A stretch of DNA of 15,238 bases, from contig CAYUVE010000036.1 in NCBI GenBank assembly GCA_964447985.1, positions 1-15,238 on the forward strand, given 5' to 3'. The translations under genes were made by a program, and so were the position numbers. This DNA comes from an uncultured Thiotrichales bacterium. Lineage in GTDB: Bacteria > Pseudomonadota > Gammaproteobacteria > GCA-2400775. The notes under the pieces were generated by a model that did not search any database, was not told where the DNA came from, and saw nothing but the letters and a program-made list of their open reading frames with translations. Shown here piece by piece: positions 7,797 to 13,086 of the stretch (its first letter is position 1; every line of letters starts with the position of its first letter).

Positions 7797-8714
7797 CACT
7801 ATGAATAAATTGAACTCACAAATGAATGTTCTTGCTAGCGCACTTGGCGGTTATCGCCTTTATGCGTGCGGCGCGAGCACGCGTGTTCAAAACCTCGAAC
7901 AGGTTTTGTGGCACATATCATTTGATGGTGAGAGTCAAAACATAACGTAGTTCTCTTTTAGGAGGACTGCGTGGCAGTCTTCCTAAGTCTTTATAAAACT
8001 AGGCTTTAGACGACTGTCAGTCTCTGAGGTGCTAGTGATTCTGGGCTGCTTTGTCGTCGAGCCTACTTCTTACTCTCAGAGCAGAAAGCGTCCTACAAAA
8101 CGTGGACATGTTGCGATAGCGGGTTCTTTGGGTCCCGTCTGGCACAAGGCACGCTGTGTTGTTGTGTACCTCATGTTTGCGAGTTGTATCGACACCATAG
8201 GTAGCTCATGGGCAGAGCAGCGAACTGATAATTCGTCGGTAGTGGGTTCGAGTCCCACCCTAGAACAGCCTGCAAAGCTGTTACGCGTAAGCGTACTAAG
8301 TAAAAAACTAGGTGAGAGGCTTCTCGGTTAATGTGTTTGATGGTTAAACGAATATGAAATGGAATTCGCGCTAACAACGGATGGTTTGGCCTGTGTGATA
8401 GACAACGAAATGAAGAACGAACTGTGGCGCTATCGTAGATAGGGAGGCGAAGAGACATAGCTGTGTAGTTAGGCAGCAGTGTCTCGCGATAGACGGGTAA
8501 GCGACTACTCATTTTGACGGTATCACCCGCTAAGACAACGTGGGAAGCCTCTTCATCTTTTTGAAGAGTGACCAATGGTTATATGAAAGAAATGAATGAT
8601 GAAATGAAAGGAGATTAGCAATGAAAACGTAGATGTGTCGGTGACGGCAGCCCGTAAGGTGCACCGAGTGAGAAATGCCGGGCTTATGTTGTGAAATAAA
8701 TAAAGGAAACAATC
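7797..8714 (+). ncRNA. Roughly 900-nt non-coding, hairpin-rich leader or structured RNA preceding the SPFH-RtcB genes. Extent and boundaries are uncertain.
   Basis: No credible ORF: only short, mutually overlapping ORFs on both strands, without RBS context. Stems include 7864-7882 (gcgtgc/gcacgc), 7888-7908 (caaaacct/aggttttg), 7958-7986 (13 bp with one GU, 3-nt loop, sequestering AGGAGG), 8263-8281, a tacgc-GUAA-gcgta tetraloop hairpin, and 8549-8568. The tRNA-like element lies at 8195-8266. Confidence 0.45.
8195..8266 (+). ncRNA. tRNA-like element (pseudo-tRNA, Y-RNA-like or other tRNA mimic) with a defective acceptor stem
   Basis: Folded by hand. U8-A9 ta; D-arm gctc-atgggca-gagc; anticodon stem gcgaa/ttcgt with 7-nt loop ctgataa (U33, anticodon GAU, A37); variable loop cggta; T-arm gtggg-ttcgagt-cccac with a canonical TTCGAGT loop. 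The putative acceptor pairs ccatagg with cctagaa in only 4 of 7 positions. Discriminator is c. No CCA is encoded. Confidence 0.5.
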
Positions 8715-9839
8715 ATGTTAAAAATGAAAAGAGTCGTGATTGCACAGCACGAGCGCGGGTTATACCTAGAAGATAGAAGTATTGTCCGTGTGTTGTCGCC
8801 AGGTGTTTATTGGAGCCTGAGCACAAGAGTGCACATCGTGGTCTTAGATACACGTAATGTGGAGGTAATCCACGATGCAGTATCGGCCTTGGTTGAAAGC
8901 AATCGAGAATTGGCCGAACAATATTTCCAGGTATTAGATCTTGGTGAATATGAAATCGGTCTGTTGTATCAGAGGAACACATTACAAAGGGTGTTAGCGC
9001 CAGGTGAACGTTATGTTTTCTGGAGAGAGAATAAAGATTTGCGAATCGATATTGTCGACATCAAAGAAGACTACCGTTTAGCTAAAGATCTGGCAAAGGT
9101 CTTAGTGAGACGTTCTATTCGTAATGCATCAGAAGCTGTTTACCCAGTAGAAGTGGCATCAGGTCATATTGGTCTGCTGTGGGTGGATGGTGAGCTGATT
9201 GATAGCTTAAAGCCTGGTGTTTACGCCTACTGGCGTTATAACCGTAACATTAAGGTTGAGCATGTTGATCTACGTTTGCAGGCGATTGATGTCTCAGGTC
9301 AGGAAATTCTGACTAAAGATAAAGTCAGCTTACGGATTAACTTAACGGCAGTTTATAAAGTTGTCGATGCGGTAACGGCACGATTAGCGGTAAATGTGTA
9401 TTCAGACCATGTGTATTTGCAATTACAACATGGTTTACGCGAAGCCGTAGCCACACGAACGCTAGATACGTTACTGGCAGATAAGGAGTCTTTAAATGGT
9501 GAGTTGTATCAAACCGTAAAAGCTAACTTAGCTGAGTATGGTATTAAAGTGGATCGTGTTGGTGTTAAGGACATTATCTTGCCTGGTGATATGAAAGATA
9601 TTTTGAACCAGGTTGTGGCGACTGAAAAGGCCGCCCAGGCTAATGTTATCCGTCGGCGTGAAGAAACCGCTGCAACAAGATCGTTGCTGAATACTGCAAA
9701 ACTGATGGATGAACATCCAACATTGATGCGGTTAAAGGAGATTGAAGCGTTAGAAAAAGTCACTGAGAAGGTAGATCGTATTACCGTCTACGATGGCTTA
9801 GATGGTTTGCTTCGAGATACCGTTAAGCTGCAGGTCTAG
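8715..9839 (+). CDS. SPFH/Band-7 (stomatin/prohibitin/flotillin-like) domain protein, no TM segment, with a triplicated N-terminal beta-motif
   Basis: RBS AAGGA lies 7 nt upstream. The SPFH core is recognisable: ...KPGVYAYWRYNRNIKVEHVDLRLQAIDVSGQEILTKDKVSLRINLTAVYKVVD...GIKVDRVGVKDIILPGDMKDILNQVVATEKAAQANVIRRREETAATRSLLNTAK. The N-terminal 150 aa contain two extra copies of the GLLx..L..VL.PG.Y..W motif. The C-terminus is helical and charged. Confidence 0.8.
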   Translation: MLKMKRVVIAQHERGLYLEDRSIVRVLSPGVYWSLSTRVHIVVLDTRNVEVIHDAVSALVESNRELAEQYFQVLDLGEYEIGLLYQRNTLQRVLAPGERYVFWRENKDLRIDIVDIKEDYRLAKDLAKVLVRRSIRNASEAVYPVEVASGHIGLLWVDGELIDSLKPGVYAYWRYNRNIKVEHVDLRLQAIDVSGQEILTKDKVSLRINLTAVYKVVDAVTARLAVNVYSDHVYLQLQHGLREAVATRTLDTLLADKESLNGELYQTVKANLAEYGIKVDRVGVKDIILPGDMKDILNQVVATEKAAQANVIRRREETAATRSLLNTAKLMDEHPTLMRLKEIEALEKVTEKVDRITVYDGLDGLLRDTVKLQV

Positions 9840-9862
9840 TAGTAAGTAATAAGGAAGAGGGC

Positions 9863-9893
9863 CCCAACCCCAGAAGTTGCCAATGGGGTTGGG
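9863..9893 (+). other. Intergenic perfect 10-bp stem / 11-nt loop hairpin between the SPFH gene and rtcB
   Basis: cccaacccca-gaagttgccaa-tggggttggg. No U-tract follows. It could act as an RNA processing or stability element, a partial terminator, or a protein-binding site. Confidence 0.4.
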
Positions 9894-9940
9894 ATAATGG
9901 GATTGAATAGAATTTAAGTAGGAAGTACACAGGAAGAAAA

Positions 9941-11137
9941 ATGCCAATTAAACAGGTGATTAAAAAAGGCAAAGTACCCGTCAAAATCTACACCAATGAT
10001 ATTGACCCAGGTGCTTACGAGCAGTTAGCGAATATGGCGCAGATGCCTTTTATTCATTCGCATATTGCTGCCATGCCTGACGTGCATAAAGGAATCGGTG
10101 CCACCGTGGGTTCAGTGATACCAACAAAGGGCGCTATTATTCCTGCTGCCGTGGGGGTAGATATTGGCTGCGGTATGAACGCAGTGCGTCTGAGCCTAAG
10201 TGCCAATGAATTGCCGGATAACTTGAAAGGCCTACGTAGCGCTATTGAGCGCGATGTGCCTGTCGGTTTTGCTATGCATAAAACGGATGCCGTGCCAGAT
10301 TCAACTGTCAGGGCTTTATCTCCAGGGCTAGAGACTATTTGGGGTAAACACCCAAAGTTAAAGCCGAAAAAGAAAAAGCCTTTTCATAGTTGGGTGAGAC
10401 AGTTAGCGACACTAGGTGGCGGTAACCATTTTATCGAGTTATGTCTTGATGAAAATAATGACGTCTGGGTAATGTTGCACTCGGGCAGTCGTGGCGTAGG
10501 TAACGCCATTGGTCAGTACTTTATTGAACTGGCGAGACGAGACATGGAAAAGATTCAAAAGAATCTGCCAGATCGTGACTTGGCTTACTTTACCGAAGGT
10601 ACCGATCATTTTGATGATTATTTACAAGCCGTTAGTTGGGCGCAGGATTATGCTATGACTAATAGGCGTGAAATGATGCGTATCCTTATCAAGGTGTTAC
10701 AGCACAAACTGCCTGCATTTAAAGTGACAAAAGAAGCCATTAACTGTCACCACAACTATGTAGACGAAGAAGTGCACTATGGCGAATCGGTCTTTGTCAC
10801 CCGTAAAGGTGCTATCAGAGCCAGCGAAGGCGAGTACGGGATTATTCCCGGCAGTATGGGTGCAAAATCTTTTATCGTCAAAGGTAAAGGTAACCCAAGT
10901 TCGTTTTGTTCCTGCTCACATGGTGCTGGTAGGGTAATGAGCCGTACTGCAGCGAAAAAGCAGTTCACCAGTGTTGATCTGGAAGCCCAGACCAAAGGTG
11001 TCGAATGTAGAAAGGATAAATCAGTGATTGACGAAATCCCTGCTGCATATAAAGACATCGATACCGTCATGGATAACCAAAAAGACTTGGTGGAAGTAGT
11101 GCATACCTTGAAACAGGTTGTCTGTGTCAAAGGCTAG
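9941..11137 (+). CDS. rtcB: RtcB-family RNA 3'-phosphate/2',3'-cyclic-phosphate to 5'-OH ligase (short form, 398 aa)
   Basis: RBS AGGAAG upstream. All RtcB active-site motifs are present: MPDVHKGIGATVGSV, VGVDIGCGM (metal-ligand Cys), GGGNHFIELCLD, MLHSGSRGVG, CHHNYVDEE, and SFCSCSHGAGRVMSR (the His that becomes guanylylated). Confidence 0.85.
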   Translation: MPIKQVIKKGKVPVKIYTNDIDPGAYEQLANMAQMPFIHSHIAAMPDVHKGIGATVGSVIPTKGAIIPAAVGVDIGCGMNAVRLSLSANELPDNLKGLRSAIERDVPVGFAMHKTDAVPDSTVRALSPGLETIWGKHPKLKPKKKKPFHSWVRQLATLGGGNHFIELCLDENNDVWVMLHSGSRGVGNAIGQYFIELARRDMEKIQKNLPDRDLAYFTEGTDHFDDYLQAVSWAQDYAMTNRREMMRILIKVLQHKLPAFKVTKEAINCHHNYVDEEVHYGESVFVTRKGAIRASEGEYGIIPGSMGAKSFIVKGKGNPSSFCSCSHGAGRVMSRTAAKKQFTSVDLEAQTKGVECRKDKSVIDEIPAAYKDIDTVMDNQKDLVEVVHTLKQVVCVKG

Positions 11138-11165
11138 AACCAAGCGCGTGTAATGCGTTTGGTTC
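11137..11165 (+). other. Hairpin immediately after the rtcB stop: 10-bp stem with one GU and a 9-nt loop
   Basis: gaaccaagcg-cgtgtaatg-cgtttggttc begins at the last base of the TAG. It is followed by accgttaaaac, a weak U-tract, so it is at best a leaky terminator or a stabilising 3' structure. Confidence 0.35.
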
Positions 11166-11192
11166 ACCGTTAAAACAAATAGGAGAAAGTAA

Positions 11193-11318
11193 TGCTTAAT
11201 CGAAATAAATATCAAGCAACACCGGGTGGCGTGGTGATATACGCCACCGATTTATTCGACTCGATTTATATAAGATTTTTAAAAGGTTCTAACTATGGAA
11301 ACAAAGCTATTAAATGAA
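11193..11318 (+). CDS. Possible 41-aa small ORF (MLNRNKYQATPGGVVIYATDLFDSIYIRFLKGSNYGNKAIK) overlapping the start of the next gene
   Basis: A strong SD AGGAG lies 6 nt upstream of the ATG. The ORF's stop overlaps the 11295 gene by 24 nt, which could allow coupling. Against it, the ORF contains an 8-bp hairpin (11225-11248, ggtggcgt/acgccacc). It could therefore be a leader peptide, a regulatory structure, or spurious. Confidence 0.25.
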
Positions 11319-12221
11319 GTCATAGCGTGTTTGCCAAAAGGTAAAACACATTATCGCTATTACAAAAATGCCTATGCTGCCAAATTATTGAATATGGCGA
11401 TGCGTCACGACGCGCCTATAAAATCAGTACGTCGGTCGCGCTATGCTAAGTTGTTGAATAATGTATTACTAAAGGGTGTCGTCGCCAATAGTGGCGATGG
11501 CGTTGTGCGTAAGCAGCAACTCGACAGCTTGTGGCAGGAACCTTCGTTACCTTTCATATTGACAGCGGCAAAGTGGCGCTATTGTTCACGTGGCTGGTCG
11601 CAGGTGTCAAGACCAGGCGATAATCTTGTGTTACAGCTTAATATGTCGACACAGCATGATCAGCTTTATGAGCGTTATGTTCACAATTATGATTTTAATC
11701 CATACACATGTCATCCGGTGTTATCAAAGCGGAGAAGATCGATAGCTAGAGAGACTTTAGCCTGGTCACGTATAGATTTTGATTTATCTTCTGACGAAGC
11801 GTTAATCGAAGAGATACAAAGTGATGCTATCAGAGAAATGTTGTGGTTAAAAAATTACACTATGAAACGTGATGACAGTCGTAGTCGCAATGATAAAACC
11901 TATCTAGAATGGTTTGAACCGTATTTAAAGTGTTGGCAAGAAGCGATGTTAATGGCCACGGTAGAATTTATTCGCTACGAACTTGGGATCAGTAGAATTT
12001 ATATTCATACTGATACGTCGGGTTGGAAAGTAAAGAAAATGCGAAAGAATTGGCTGCCACCAAAGTCTTTGTATTCTGATTTGCCAAGGAAATTTGCCTT
12101 TAAGCAAACCTGGAATGCGCCAGAGTTTTTACTGGGTACGCGCGGATATAAAAATCTTATCCGCAAGCAGCCGGATATTGATTTTTATCTTTTAGACTTT
12201 ACTCAGTCCATTGCAGCGTAG
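11295..12221 (+). CDS. Hypothetical protein (308 aa) with no recognisable domain, encoded downstream of rtcB
   Basis: Clean ORF in operon orientation. Composition is basic and aromatic-rich (many R/K/W/Y). I could identify no HEPN, PIN, GGQ, P-loop or Rossmann motif by eye. Confidence 0.7.
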   Translation: METKLLNEVIACLPKGKTHYRYYKNAYAAKLLNMAMRHDAPIKSVRRSRYAKLLNNVLLKGVVANSGDGVVRKQQLDSLWQEPSLPFILTAAKWRYCSRGWSQVSRPGDNLVLQLNMSTQHDQLYERYVHNYDFNPYTCHPVLSKRRRSIARETLAWSRIDFDLSSDEALIEEIQSDAIREMLWLKNYTMKRDDSRSRNDKTYLEWFEPYLKCWQEAMLMATVEFIRYELGISRIYIHTDTSGWKVKKMRKNWLPPKSLYSDLPRKFAFKQTWNAPEFLLGTRGYKNLIRKQPDIDFYLLDFTQSIAA

Positions 12222-12235
12222 AAGGGATAATAGCA

Positions 12236-12408
12236 TGCCAAATACAACTACAATCAGAAACCACGTGGCGCGTTCACCATTACTTCGAAAAGGCGGTGCA
12301 CATACTAAAAGTACTTCATCTGATCGCCAAAGCGAGAAACGTGAAGTAGAAGAAATAAAAGAAAACTGGCGCGAAGAATTGGAGTTTGAACGCAAGTTAA
12401 AGAGTTAA
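12236..12408 (+). CDS. Small basic/charged protein (57 aa): MPNTTTIRNHVARSPLLRKGGAHTKSTSSDRQSEKREVEEIKENWREELEFERKLKS
   Basis: ATG with AGGGA about 8 nt upstream, 15 nt after the 11295 gene's stop, and in the same orientation. The N-terminal half is basic and the C-terminal half is an acidic/basic helix. The competing 67-aa minus-strand ORF (12192-12395) has poorer context. Confidence 0.4.
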
Positions 12409-12444
12409 TGAATGGTTTAGCGATTTGCTGCAAGTAAGTTTTAC

Positions 12445-13056
12445 TCATATAGTCATAGGCTTATTATCTTTATGCTGCCACATATACATAGCGAGATATG
12501 AGCGGTAGGGCGAGAACTTTTCAGCTGTTGTGCTGATATCTTTATCATCACCTATTAGTTTTTGAAAGGTTTTGATGACAGCTACATCTTTATCGGGCCA
12601 TATGTCTGGGTCACAAAAGTAAAAAAGATTGACCATGTCAGCTGTCCATGGACCGACTCCCCAAATTGATGTTAGGGTTTTCGCACGTTGTTTCTGATCT
12701 AGCTTTTCCAAATTTTCTGCGGTGATATGTCCTGTATGAAAACTATGAGCAATAGCAGACAGTGTTTTGCACTTCGCGGCAGATAACCCGCAAGTGCGCA
12801 GGTCTTCGGTCTTACTAGAATGAATAAACTCTAGTAATGATTTTCCGTTTGATACATCTAAGAGTCTTTGCCAAATGGTACTAGCCGCTTTGGTTGAGAG
12901 TTGCTGGCCTGCTACTGAACGACAAAGTAATTCTGGTAGTGGAATATGTTGTCGAGAAGTGATTTTGACAACGCCTATTTGTTTGATGGAATGATGTAAT
13001 GGCCCACTGATATTCTTAGAGAGTTTTAAAAATTGTTGATGAATAGAACGAGACAT
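12445..13056 (-). CDS. HhH-GPD superfamily DNA glycosylase (AlkA-like DNA-3-methyladenine glycosylase II)
   Basis: Helix-hairpin-helix/GPD motif ...LTSIWGVGPWTADMVNLFYF.DPDIWP.D.... The 203-aa length is typical of single-domain AlkA/Mag-type glycosylases. Confidence 0.75.
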   Translation of the reverse strand: MSRSIHQQFLKLSKNISGPLHHSIKQIGVVKITSRQHIPLPELLCRSVAGQQLSTKAASTIWQRLLDVSNGKSLLEFIHSSKTEDLRTCGLSAAKCKTLSAIAHSFHTGHITAENLEKLDQKQRAKTLTSIWGVGPWTADMVNLFYFCDPDIWPDKDVAVIKTFQKLIGDDKDISTTAEKFSPYRSYLAMYMWQHKDNKPMTI

Positions 13057-13086
13057 TAATTTTTGTAGTGCTTCTGACTAGGGGGA

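Noticed and set aside
7909-7925. TGGCAC motif at 7909-7914 as a sigma54 -24 element
   Set aside because: The nearest -12-like TTGA is 12 nt away rather than 10, so the spacing is wrong.
8195-8266. Functional tRNA-Ile(GAU) gene
   Set aside because: Only 4 of 7 acceptor-stem pairs form and there is no CCA. The stems are unrelated to canonical gammaproteobacterial tRNA-Ile. It is reported instead as a tRNA-like element.
7950-8360. tmRNA (ssrA) as the identity of the tRNA-like region
   Set aside because: tmRNA lacks an anticodon arm and has its acceptor/T-arm split between the 5' and 3' ends around a tag reading frame ending ...ALAA. Here the D-arm, anticodon arm and T-arm are contiguous. No tag-peptide ORF and no GGGGCTGATTCTGGATTCGACGGG-like 5' end is present.
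8029-8982. Several 60-134-aa ORFs on both strands (8029-8331 +, 8076-8258 -, 8171-8575 -, 8530-8712 -, 8713-8982 -), plus 7732-7950 +
   Set aside because: They overlap one another and the tRNA-like element. They lack RBS context and use non-ATG starts. 8713-8982 (-) is antisense to the well-supported SPFH gene. 7732-7950 begins upstream of the promoter it would depend on. The region is better explained as structured non-coding RNA.
12236-12408. Calling the small protein ArfA (alternative ribosome-rescue factor)
   Set aside because: Only a short, loose resemblance (PLLRKGG versus the ArfA PLFR...KGKGSY region) recalled from memory. This is not enough for an annotation. It is kept as a hypothesis in the findings only.
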